Assembly: GCA_964430945.1 (NCBI GenBank) | Contig: CAYSHH010000007.1 | Span: 1 to 45,879 of the forward strand | Reading direction: 5' to 3' | Length of the DNA stretch: 45,879 nucleotides | Origin: an uncultured Candidatus Saccharibacteria bacterium | Lineage (GTDB): Bacteria; Patescibacteriota; UBA1384; JAMDBS01; CAYSHH01 | Shown here: piece after piece, positions 18,270 to 27,140 of the stretch | Layout of the letters: every line of letters begins with the position of its first letter | Numbering within the stretch: position 1 is the stretch's first letter | Notes under the pieces: model-generated | The model's input: only the letters and a program-made list of their open reading frames with translations | Databases searched by the model: none | What the model was told of the DNA's origin: nothing | Program-made: the position numbers and the translations under genes

Positions 18270-18299
18270 AATAAAATAGAGCCGTTTAAATCGGCTCTA
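18270..18299 (-). terminator. Intrinsic terminator downstream of 18380-18919
   Basis: tagagccg/cggctcta 8-bp stem with T-rich tail on the minus strand. Confidence 0.65.
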
Positions 18300-18379
18300 A
18301 TGTGCAATCGTCAAGCAAGTTTATCTGCCTGACTATTATTGACATAGCTAAATAAAAGAAGCTGACAGGCTCCAGTAAA

Positions 18380-18919
18380 TTAGTTACAGGGAATACCTCT
18401 AAGGGTTAATGTGCCCTCGTTATCAGGGACATCCCCGCCATAGATTTTATCGTCAAGAAATGTGGCAAACTTTTTCAGCGTATCTTCTTTGATATTGCCT
18501 TCTTCACCTTCACCTTCGTCTTCTGTTTTTTTTCGTGTCTCTGGATCAATGCTGGCCATTATTGAATAAACGGCTTTGACTACATCCTCCTTTTCGTCAA
18601 CAATAAATTTCTCGTCAGTACAGTCAAAGACTAATCCTGTTTTATTTTCTATTTTATCTATTATGTTTTCTGGATCAATGTCTAGATCTATAGTCATAGA
18701 TCCTTCTTCATCACAGGTAACTGAGAGTATGTAATGGGCATAACCGAAAGACACCTCAAAAAGATCTTGTGATATTGTATTTCCGGGATTAGTTTCGATT
18801 TCTTTTTGAAAAAGATCCATATTTCCCCTTATTTTTTTTCCGGGAATGTTGAAGATCTCACCAATTATTAGTGATGTTTTTAATGCATGCTCCATGCCCA
18901 GAGATGTTTTTTCTTTCAT
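18380..18919 (-). CDS. Hypothetical acidic 179-aa protein
   Basis: GGAGG SD; about 39 Asp/Glu by manual count. Confidence 0.75.
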   Translation of the reverse strand: MKEKTSLGMEHALKTSLIIGEIFNIPGKKIRGNMDLFQKEIETNPGNTISQDLFEVSFGYAHYILSVTCDEEGSMTIDLDIDPENIIDKIENKTGLVFDCTDEKFIVDEKEDVVKAVYSIMASIDPETRKKTEDEGEGEEGNIKEDTLKKFATFLDDKIYGGDVPDNEGTLTLRGIPCN

Positions 18920-19074
18920 TTCAATTCCTCCAATAAAATGTTTTAGTGCAAAAATGCTTAGTAATCATACTATTTTTTCCTCAGCTAGTCAATGCAGAAA
19001 ATGTGATATAATAATAAAAAATACAAAAACTAACTCAATTACTGGGTTTGTAATTTGCTCTGAGGAGGAATATT

Positions 19075-20331
19075 TTGGGATTATTCGATTTTCTAAAGAT
19101 GGATAAAATGGCGAATTCTGCAATTTCCCTGGACATTGGGACTGAATTTGTAAAATCACTTATTTTTGATGTTAAAGACGACAAAGCAGAAGTTGTCGGT
19201 GCGGGTCGTGCGCGTCAAGGGCTAACTCATATTTCGGCCGGTGCAGTAACGGATATTCACGGTGTAATAAAAACCTGTGAAAAATCTCTTGAACAAGCTG
19301 CCCAAATGGCCGGCAAACTTCCAGACCAAGTAATTATTGGTATCGCAGGAGAGCTAGTAAAGGGTTCTACTACAACAATCAAATATACTCGCCCCAAACC
19401 ACGCACCAAAATTACAATGAAAGAACTCCAGGATATTATTACTCGGGTCCAAAGGAGAGCCTTTGACAGGATGCGCTCGATTATGGCTTGGGAGTCAGGT
19501 CATTCGGAAATTGACGTCAAACTTGTAAATGCTGCGATTGTAGATGTCCGTATTGATGGATATAAGGTTACAAATCCACTGGGTTTTCAAGGAAAAGAAA
19601 TTCAAATCGGAGTTTTCAATGCTTTTGCGCCAATTGTCCACCTGGGTGCGCTTCAAACCATTGCTGAAAATTTAGATTTAGATTTATTATCAATTACGGC
19701 TGAACCATATGCAGTAGCTCGAAGTATGGGGCCAGAAGAGGGTATTGAATTTTCGGCGATATTCATTGATATCGGTGGAGGTACTACTGATATTGCAGTA
19801 GTTTCCAATGGTGGTGTTGTTGGTACTAAAATGTTTGCTCTTGGTGGGCGAGCATTTACAAAGCGTATCTCTAATGCAATGAATATATCATTTTCAGATG
19901 CTGAACAACTTAAACTTGCTTATTCGAAGGGAAAAATATCTTCCGGTGCAAAGAAAAAAGTTATTGAAAAAGCAATAGAAGATGATTGTAAGGTTTGGAT
20001 ATCTGGTGTAGAATTAACACTGAGCGAGTTTAAAAATGTTGATCTGCTTCCTTCAAGAATTCTTATGTGCGGTGGTGGATCAGAACTTCCTCAAATTACA
20101 TCTACACTAAAGAACAAAAAATGGGCGAAGACTATCCCGTTTTCCAGAAAACCTAGTATTAATTTTATTAGACCAAAAAATGTTGCCAATGTAATAGACA
20201 AAACCGGTAAGCTAACGCAAATATCCGATGTAACTCCGATGTCTATGGCTTCACTAGCAATTGAGCTTGTTGGTGAACAACAAGTGGTAGATGGCATACT
20301 AACAAATGTGGCTCGATCACTCAGAAATTAA
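19075..20331 (+). CDS. FtsA-like actin-fold ATPase (not linked to ftsZ here)
   Basis: SLDIGTEFVK phosphate-1, 1C/SHS2 insert (VRIDGYKVTNPLGFQG), AEPYA, IDIGGGTTD, GG..FT, LMCGGGS; GAGGAGG SD. Confidence 0.85.
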   Translation: MGLFDFLKMDKMANSAISLDIGTEFVKSLIFDVKDDKAEVVGAGRARQGLTHISAGAVTDIHGVIKTCEKSLEQAAQMAGKLPDQVIIGIAGELVKGSTTTIKYTRPKPRTKITMKELQDIITRVQRRAFDRMRSIMAWESGHSEIDVKLVNAAIVDVRIDGYKVTNPLGFQGKEIQIGVFNAFAPIVHLGALQTIAENLDLDLLSITAEPYAVARSMGPEEGIEFSAIFIDIGGGTTDIAVVSNGGVVGTKMFALGGRAFTKRISNAMNISFSDAEQLKLAYSKGKISSGAKKKVIEKAIEDDCKVWISGVELTLSEFKNVDLLPSRILMCGGGSELPQITSTLKNKKWAKTIPFSRKPSINFIRPKNVANVIDKTGKLTQISDVTPMSMASLAIELVGEQQVVDGILTNVARSLRN

Positions 20332-20348
20332 TTGTTTGGAGGGCGATT

Positions 20349-22034
20349 TTGAAAGAAATAATCTACTTAGAACCTGATGAAGAAATTACCTCAATTATTG
20401 ATAAATTGAGGGATCTTAAAGATGTAAAAAATGTATTTTTAGTGGCTCCCAAAAATGCTACAATTACTCAAAGTGTAGTAAATCTTAAGATATTAAAAAA
20501 AGAAGCTGAAAGCCTCGATCTCGACGTAGGTCTTGTTTCCCAAGAAGATATCGCTAGAAATATTGCTGGACAGGTCGGTCTATCAGTCTATGAATCAATC
20601 GATTCTCCCCGACCAATTATTGGTCCACAAAAAGATGAGCCAAACCTAAACGATATTATAGAGATCGATATGTCAGATAAAAAACCTGCTACTCCTCCCC
20701 CAGGTGTTAATGTTAACTATTATAGCGCCGAAGATAAGGCCAAGCATGAGGCTTCTGTAAAACAAACAGTAAAAGAAAATCCCCCTACACATAGCCAAGC
20801 TGCTCCGATTGATACAGCAAAATACAACGAGCCAGTCTTTATGAAGCCCAAAAAACCTAGAAAATGGATAACTAAGCTTGCTTTTTCGCTGATTGGGATT
20901 GCTGTTTTTGGATTTTTATTTTATTATTTCTATCCCAAGGCAAATGTTGATTTGGTTGTCAAATCAACACCTATCGAAGAAAACATAGAAATTACTATTG
21001 ACACTTCGATAAACACAATTGATAAAGAAAATGAAAAAATTCCAGGCGAAATACTTACTATAAAAGATGAGGTATCTCAAGATTTTCCAGCAACGGGCAA
21101 AAAAGATGTTGGAGAAAAAGCCAAGGGTAATGTCACACTTTCTAACGGTGCAGGTGCTGTAGTTGATGTTTCATCAGGAACAATACTTGAAAGTTCAGAT
21201 GGATACATGTTCGTTACTACATCGTCTGTTTCTGTGCCCGCAGCAACTGCTTCGGTTGATGCATCTGGGAATGTTCAAAAAAGTCCCGGTACGGCAGATG
21301 TTAGTGTAGAAGCCCAAGAAGCGGGAGACAAATACAATATTGGATCAACCTCATTTAGCGTTGCCAATAATTCCAATGTTTCTGCAGTTAATTCCTCGGG
21401 ATTTTCTGGTGGAGTCAGTAAGCAAATTACTATAATATCGACAGATGATATAACAACTGCTAAAACCAAAATGGAAGAAGACTTAAAAAATCGTATCAAA
21501 GAGTCATTATTGTCTCAATCGTCAGAAAAGAAACTAACCTTACTTGCGGACTCCATCGACTATGCTGAAGCCAAATTCACTACGGACAAAGAGGCTGGTA
21601 CAGAAGCTGACAATTTTTCTGCCACGCTTAGTATAGATGCGAAAACAATCGCATTTACCGAAGATAATTATAAACAAAACATTATAGCAGCACTTGGCGA
21701 TAAAATACCAGCCGACAAAGAACTTATTCTTACATCAGAAGATGAAATTTCCCAAGGTGGATATACAGTAGATTACTCGCAAGGTATTATGAAAATAGAG
21801 GGCACTATAAAAACTAAACTTTCACCAAAAATAAATTACGACGATCTTAAAAATGATCTCAAAGGAAAAAGTGTTGTATCTGCTGAAAAATATTTAGAGA
21901 ACATGCCCCAATTCTCAGATGCCCAAGTCAATATCAATCCTAGTTGGATTAAAAATATTCCTAGACGAACTCAAAACATCAATATTAACCCTACTTACAA
22001 AAATTCCAGTAGTAATAGTGGGGAAAGTAATTAA
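20349..22034 (+). CDS. Bitopic membrane protein with conserved cytoplasmic N-domain and Baseplate_J-like extracellular domain
   Basis: IYLEPDEEITSII..L...NLKILKKEA N-domain, Pro-rich linker, one TM, ATGKK.VGEKAKG.VT..N and A..AGDKYNI, F.GG motifs. Confidence 0.7.
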   Translation: MKEIIYLEPDEEITSIIDKLRDLKDVKNVFLVAPKNATITQSVVNLKILKKEAESLDLDVGLVSQEDIARNIAGQVGLSVYESIDSPRPIIGPQKDEPNLNDIIEIDMSDKKPATPPPGVNVNYYSAEDKAKHEASVKQTVKENPPTHSQAAPIDTAKYNEPVFMKPKKPRKWITKLAFSLIGIAVFGFLFYYFYPKANVDLVVKSTPIEENIEITIDTSINTIDKENEKIPGEILTIKDEVSQDFPATGKKDVGEKAKGNVTLSNGAGAVVDVSSGTILESSDGYMFVTTSSVSVPAATASVDASGNVQKSPGTADVSVEAQEAGDKYNIGSTSFSVANNSNVSAVNSSGFSGGVSKQITIISTDDITTAKTKMEEDLKNRIKESLLSQSSEKKLTLLADSIDYAEAKFTTDKEAGTEADNFSATLSIDAKTIAFTEDNYKQNIIAALGDKIPADKELILTSEDEISQGGYTVDYSQGIMKIEGTIKTKLSPKINYDDLKNDLKGKSVVSAEKYLENMPQFSDAQVNINPSWIKNIPRRTQNININPTYKNSSSNSGESN

Positions 22035-22036
22035 AT

Positions 22037-22441
22037 ATGAAACTATTAGCACTCGACATTGGTAAAAAACGCATAGGGGTGGCTATTTCTAGTTCTGGCA
22101 TTATCGCACGAGAATACGAAACTATCACAAATACTAGTTCTAGCGATGTGTCCAATTATTTATTGTCAATTATCAAAAAAGAAGAAATAAATCAGCTTAT
22201 AGTCGGTTTACCAAAAAGCATGAATGGTAAGGATAGCGACTATACTAAATACGTTCGTGATTTTACTAAAAGTTTAAAAAATAATATTAAAAAACCGATA
22301 ATTTTTGAAGACGAACGACTTACTACCAATGAAGCAAAACGGCAACTTATAAATCTTGGTGCATCAGACGAAGAGATTAAATCGCGAATCGATCAGTATT
22401 CAGCCAAACTCATCCTTGACCAATATTTAGAAAATTATTAA
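22037..22441 (+). CDS. ruvX: YqgF/RuvX pre-16S rRNA nuclease
   Basis: LALDIGKKRIGVAIS, VGLPKSMNG, DERLTT, DQYSAKLIL. Confidence 0.95.
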   Translation: MKLLALDIGKKRIGVAISSSGIIAREYETITNTSSSDVSNYLLSIIKKEEINQLIVGLPKSMNGKDSDYTKYVRDFTKSLKNNIKKPIIFEDERLTTNEAKRQLINLGASDEEIKSRIDQYSAKLILDQYLENY

Positions 22442-22465
22442 TTTTTACAAAAATTTATATATCGT

Positions 22466-23386
22466 ATGAAAAAAGTAATTCTCATTGTTGTCGGGATAAC
22501 TCTAATTATATTTATTGCGATAAGTATCTTTTTTTATTTACAAGTCAACACATCAATTTCTAAAACTGAAAATAACATAGCCGTAGAAGTTAAAGAAAAC
22601 GATTCGACAAAAGAGATAGCCCAAGAATTAAAAGAAAAAGGAATTATAAAATATCCAACAATCTTTAAATATTATTCGTTACTTTCTGGTAGACATATTT
22701 TACCGGGTATATATTACCTAAGTCCCAATCTAAAAATGTCTGAAATAATTGACGTATTGAATGAGGGTAAAGTATCAGAGAAACGAGTTACAATTCCTGA
22801 GGGTTGGCGACGAGAACAAATTGCTGAAAAACTTGCCACAGAGGGAATCATCGAAGCAGATATATTTATATCCAACACGAAAGAATTAGAAGGTTATTTG
22901 TTTCCCGACACCTACCAGTTTGGTATCGAAAATTCACCCGAAGATGTCACTAAAAAGTTTGTTGATGATTTCAATGCGAAGACTACTGGCTTAGACGTAA
23001 CATATGACGACTTGATACTAGCTTCAATTATTGAGCGCGAAGCAAAGCACGATGAAGATCGAGCAAAAATTGCGGGTGTTTATAAAAATAGACTTGCCGT
23101 TGGTATGAAGCTTAACGCTGATCCAACCATTCAATATGCTATAGGGGATTGGAATACTCTCACCACATCTGATTTATCTCTTGATTCACCTTACAATACT
23201 TATATCTATACTGGCCTACCACCAACTCCGATTTGCAATCCTGGGCTAGAGAGTATCAAAGCCGCACTAAATCCTGCTGAGCATGATTACTATTATTTTA
23301 TCAATCTCGCCGATGGGTCTACAATATTCTCTCAAACACTAGAAGAACATGAATCAAATATCGAAAAATATCGTGATCAAATGTAA
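22466..23386 (+). CDS. mltG: Endolytic transglycosylase MltG (YceG)
   Basis: TIPEG, EGYLFPDTY, LASIIEREA, LNADPT, SPYNTY..GLPPTPICNPG. Confidence 0.95.
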   Translation: MKKVILIVVGITLIIFIAISIFFYLQVNTSISKTENNIAVEVKENDSTKEIAQELKEKGIIKYPTIFKYYSLLSGRHILPGIYYLSPNLKMSEIIDVLNEGKVSEKRVTIPEGWRREQIAEKLATEGIIEADIFISNTKELEGYLFPDTYQFGIENSPEDVTKKFVDDFNAKTTGLDVTYDDLILASIIEREAKHDEDRAKIAGVYKNRLAVGMKLNADPTIQYAIGDWNTLTTSDLSLDSPYNTYIYTGLPPTPICNPGLESIKAALNPAEHDYYYFINLADGSTIFSQTLEEHESNIEKYRDQM

Positions 23387-23608
23387 GAAATATCAAATGT
23401 TGACCGTATTACATATTAAACACACTGATGCTTTCGTAATTTAATCTTATATGATATAAATTATTAGAATTACCAACTAAGACATTATTGATGTAAACAT
23501 ATTATTTTATAAACGATTACAATTCATCTAAGCTCTCATAAATATTAAACATACACAATTTGTGTATCAAATTCTAATAAAATAAATAACATTATTCAAA
23601 TATTTAAT

Positions 23609-25231
23609 ATGATTAAAATAAATTCTATTTCAAAATCCTACGGTGGCAACACTGTTCTAGACGACGTTAGTTTTAATATTGCCGATGGACACAAAGTTGC
23701 CATTGTTGGTTCAAATGGTGTTGGTAAATCAATATTACTTAAGATTATCGCATCAAAGATAAAACCAGATTCAGGTACAATAAATATTGACGAAGGCAGC
23801 TCTATTGGATATTTGCCCCAAGAAGTAAAAATTTCAGATACTTACGATACGATCGAAGATTATTTAAAAAAATGTGTAGGTATTTATGACACGGAAAAGA
23901 AAATGTCCGATCTAGAAAAAAATTTGAATAATCCCGAAAATTTATCTTTATATGGTAAACTACAAGATAAGTATATGTCTTTACGCGGTTATGAATTCGA
24001 GGATCTTGCACTTAAAATAAAAAGTGGACTTGGGTTGAAAGATATTTCATTGGATAAGCAAATATCTTTACTTAGTGGTGGAGAAAAGGTCAAAATAGGT
24101 CTTTTGAGCATTCTTTTGAAAGGTCACGATATTATTATTCTCGATGAGCCTACAAATAGTCTAGATTTTAAAGCAATTAAATGGCTCGAAAACTATTTAG
24201 CAAATATTGCAGCTACGTGTGTAATAGTTTCTCATGATAGATATTTTCTAGATAAAATAGTAAATGAAATTATTGAGATTGATTGGTTTACTAAAAAAAT
24301 ATTAAAATTTCATGGAACATATAGCAATTATATTGAATATAAAAAGAATCAATATGACAAAAAAATGATACTTTATAGACAACAACAAGAAAAAATTAAC
24401 AAACTTCAAAAAGCCATTAAAGATAAAAAAACTTGGGGAGAGAAAGCATCCAAACAAACTACTTCTGACAACGATAAACTGATTCAAGGTCGTAGGCGTG
24501 ACAGATCCACCAAATCAGATCGAAGCGCGAAGGCTCTAGAAAAGAGAATTGAGCTGATAGGTAAGATTGAAAAACCAAAATCCAAAGAACGTTTATCTAT
24601 CGGCATAGACTCGTCCAAAAGGATCCCAAATTCCAATATAGACTTAAAAAAATTAATAATTGGATATGATGATTTTAAAGTTGGACCAATTGATCTCTAT
24701 ATCCCATATTCAGAACGTATCGTGATTATTGGTAATAATGGTTCTGGGAAAACTACGCTATTGGACTCTATATTTTTCCAAAAACACATCATTTCAGGCC
24801 AGGTAAAAAACGGCAAACAAATCAATATTGGTTATCTTAAACAAGATAACACACTCAAAAAAGATCAAACAGTTGGAGAATATTTATTGAAAGAAAAAGA
24901 GATGGACATACAATTTTACTTTCATACACTCATCAAATTTGGATTTGATATTGAAGTTTTCAATCAGAAATTTGACGCACTCAGTCCTGGAGAACGATCT
25001 AGGGTTATACTTGCATCCTTTTTGCTTAGAAATGTAAATACATTACTTTTGGATGAACCGACGAATCATCTGGATATTGATGCATTGAATGCTCTCGAAG
25101 ATATGATTGATGAATTTTGTGGTACTATTCTTCTTGTCTCGCACGATCGATATTTTATCGAACGAACAAAACCAGAAAGAATATATCAATTGGACAGAAA
25201 ATTGACCCCAATAGATATCGATCATTTGTAA
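23609..25231 (+). CDS. ABC-F family ATPase
   Basis: Two NBDs: GSNGVGKS/LSGGE/LDEPTN and GNNGSGKT/LSPGE/LDEPTNHLD; SHDRYF twice; no TM. Confidence 0.92.
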   Translation: MIKINSISKSYGGNTVLDDVSFNIADGHKVAIVGSNGVGKSILLKIIASKIKPDSGTINIDEGSSIGYLPQEVKISDTYDTIEDYLKKCVGIYDTEKKMSDLEKNLNNPENLSLYGKLQDKYMSLRGYEFEDLALKIKSGLGLKDISLDKQISLLSGGEKVKIGLLSILLKGHDIIILDEPTNSLDFKAIKWLENYLANIAATCVIVSHDRYFLDKIVNEIIEIDWFTKKILKFHGTYSNYIEYKKNQYDKKMILYRQQQEKINKLQKAIKDKKTWGEKASKQTTSDNDKLIQGRRRDRSTKSDRSAKALEKRIELIGKIEKPKSKERLSIGIDSSKRIPNSNIDLKKLIIGYDDFKVGPIDLYIPYSERIVIIGNNGSGKTTLLDSIFFQKHIISGQVKNGKQINIGYLKQDNTLKKDQTVGEYLLKEKEMDIQFYFHTLIKFGFDIEVFNQKFDALSPGERSRVILASFLLRNVNTLLLDEPTNHLDIDALNALEDMIDEFCGTILLVSHDRYFIERTKPERIYQLDRKLTPIDIDHL

Positions 25232-25250
25232 TAAATATTAAAAATATCTT

Positions 25251-25925
25251 ATGAGGTATTCGTACGAAATAAAATTAGATATCAACAAAGATGCATGGAA
25301 TTGGTGGGATGGATGTAATTACGTTTATGCTGGCTATGATTGGACTCAAAATATCGATCCGAAAATTCTAAAAAAGATTAACGGTAAGAGCAAAAAAGAT
25401 GCTTTTATTTTTTTACAACCATATCTTAAAAAATTGTATTCTCAAAAAAAAGATAAAATTAATCAATCTAAAAATTTTATTGACAATCAATTCAAAGAGA
25501 AATTTGAGAATGGGTGCGACCAGCTTTCTCGTATAATGGGTAAGCCTCTTTATCGCAAAAAATTTATAATATATCTAACAACATTTGATAGAGCCCCATA
25601 TGATAAAAGCGAGGGGTCTATAATGTTTCCAACTACATGGACCGATCCAATGGCAATATTTCTGCATGAACTTTGCCACTTCCAATTTATCCGCTATTGG
25701 CGAGAAAATCCCAAATCCATGGTATCAAAAATATCAGATGACCAATTTGAATATCTTAAAGAATCGTTAACTGTGATTTTAGACGAAAGTTTCATTCCAA
25801 TTATTAGCAAGCCAGATACTGGTTATCCAGCTCATAAGATTTTAAGAAATCAATTAATAAAATACTACAAGCATGAAAAAGATTTCGATAAATTGGTCAA
25901 ATATGGACTCAAAATAATACAATAA
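25251..25925 (+). CDS. Hypothetical protein with HExxH zincin-like motif
   Basis: FLHELCHFQF followed by a distal E (LKESLT). Confidence 0.7.
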   Translation: MRYSYEIKLDINKDAWNWWDGCNYVYAGYDWTQNIDPKILKKINGKSKKDAFIFLQPYLKKLYSQKKDKINQSKNFIDNQFKEKFENGCDQLSRIMGKPLYRKKFIIYLTTFDRAPYDKSEGSIMFPTTWTDPMAIFLHELCHFQFIRYWRENPKSMVSKISDDQFEYLKESLTVILDESFIPIISKPDTGYPAHKILRNQLIKYYKHEKDFDKLVKYGLKIIQ

Positions 25926-25964
25926 TATTTATTTTTGGTATAATAGTATCAAATTACATTTCGA

Positions 25965-26948
25965 ATGATTAAGGAGGAAATGAACTGTAGGAATGTGCGA
26001 CAATCAGGTTCTGCTTTGATCATAACTATTTTATTAGTTACAGTGTTAGCTGCGATTGCTTTTAGTAGTTCTAGACTTACTATCTCTGAAATTGTCCAGA
26101 CAGGGCAACTTGAAGATAGTGAACTTTCATATCAAGCAGCCGAAGGATGTGTAGAGACAGGACTTTTACTATATCGATACAACCGTGATGTCGAAGTGCC
26201 AGCAGATGTTGATGGTGGGATGAGCGATAGTGAAAAACAATATATGTATATTGATATCACAGATGGAAATGAAATATCCCAAGCTGATTTTGACAATCGC
26301 GAACCGAACAAATCATATTGTGCACTGCGCATGTGGCACCACAACGACGCAGGTGTGGCCGAGGAAATAACTACCAGCAAATGCGATCAGAAAAAACTAG
26401 ATGCCGGACTTTGTGTACCAGTACCAGATCAAATCGGTGGCGAACAGACAATAGAAAAAATTTGTGGCACAAATTTGGAAAAATGTTATCAAGATACTGA
26501 CGGTGTGTACTGGGTCGTTCCCGCCATCGGCCAAGATCAAGTGGTGGAATATAATGTTGAAGGTTTAGGCTATATCAAATTAAAATGGGAATATATCGAA
26601 GATCCGGGGGCCGATGAGGATAAATTTAAAATATTGTTTATACCCATTGAGAATACGGGTAATATACAAAACGGCAAACCTCCATTCGAATATAAAATTA
26701 GATCCGGTACAGAACTTTATCTTAACGATGGTACTGCAAAAATTAGACTCAAGCCATTAGGTGGTAATTTATCATATTTGACTATTAATGATAGCGAAAA
26801 TGTTAAATTAGATTCTAAAAATACATATATCGAATCAACTGGATATTATGGTAGTGCGAAAAGAAAGCTAAAAACTGTTATCGACAGAAGAACTCAGTCA
26901 CTTCTTAGCACGTATGATTTCCTTCTCTACTCAGCCGAAGAAAAGTGA
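25965..26948 (+). CDS. PilX-like minor pilin / pilus assembly protein
   Basis: QSGSALIITILLV prepilin-like N-terminus, S..SYQAAEG.E.GL, C-terminal IESTG.YG..KRKL; exact start uncertain. Confidence 0.8.
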   Translation: MIKEEMNCRNVRQSGSALIITILLVTVLAAIAFSSSRLTISEIVQTGQLEDSELSYQAAEGCVETGLLLYRYNRDVEVPADVDGGMSDSEKQYMYIDITDGNEISQADFDNREPNKSYCALRMWHHNDAGVAEEITTSKCDQKKLDAGLCVPVPDQIGGEQTIEKICGTNLEKCYQDTDGVYWVVPAIGQDQVVEYNVEGLGYIKLKWEYIEDPGADEDKFKILFIPIENTGNIQNGKPPFEYKIRSGTELYLNDGTAKIRLKPLGGNLSYLTINDSENVKLDSKNTYIESTGYYGSAKRKLKTVIDRRTQSLLSTYDFLLYSAEEK

Positions 26949-26993
26949 TATATAATGTCATTCTGGATTGTGTAATATATTAAAAGTTGTTTT

Positions 26994-27070
26994 CCTCGCC
27001 GTAGCTTTACGCGTAGGCAGGGTCTAGAATACATCTTCTTTTCGTCATCCTAAATTGATTTTAGAATCTC
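26994..27070. repeat. Two degenerate REP-like palindromes
   Basis: cctcgccgtagctttacgcgtaggcagg (26994-27021) and gtcatcctaaattgattttagaatctc (27044-27070), imperfect inverted repeats. Confidence 0.45.
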
Positions 27071-27094
27071 ATATAATCAATCATTTTTTTGTAT

Positions 27095-27125
27095 AAAAAA
27101 GCCCTTCATCGTAAAGACAAAGGGC
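27095..27125 (-). terminator. Intrinsic terminator of the PEGA lipoprotein gene
   Basis: gccctt/aagggc stem with T-run on the minus strand. Confidence 0.65.
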
Positions 27126-27140
27126 GCGTGTTGTGCTTAC

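Noticed and set aside
20349-22034. Prophage or contractile injection system suggested by the Baseplate_J-like domain
   Set aside because: No sheath, tube, spike, capsid or integrase genes nearby; the protein has a TM helix and sits in a housekeeping operon.
23397-23444. 15-codon uORF (MLTVLHIKHTDAFVI) upstream of the ABC-F gene as an attenuation leader peptide
   Set aside because: No SD and no terminator/antiterminator hairpins seen; such ORFs arise by chance in AT-rich DNA.
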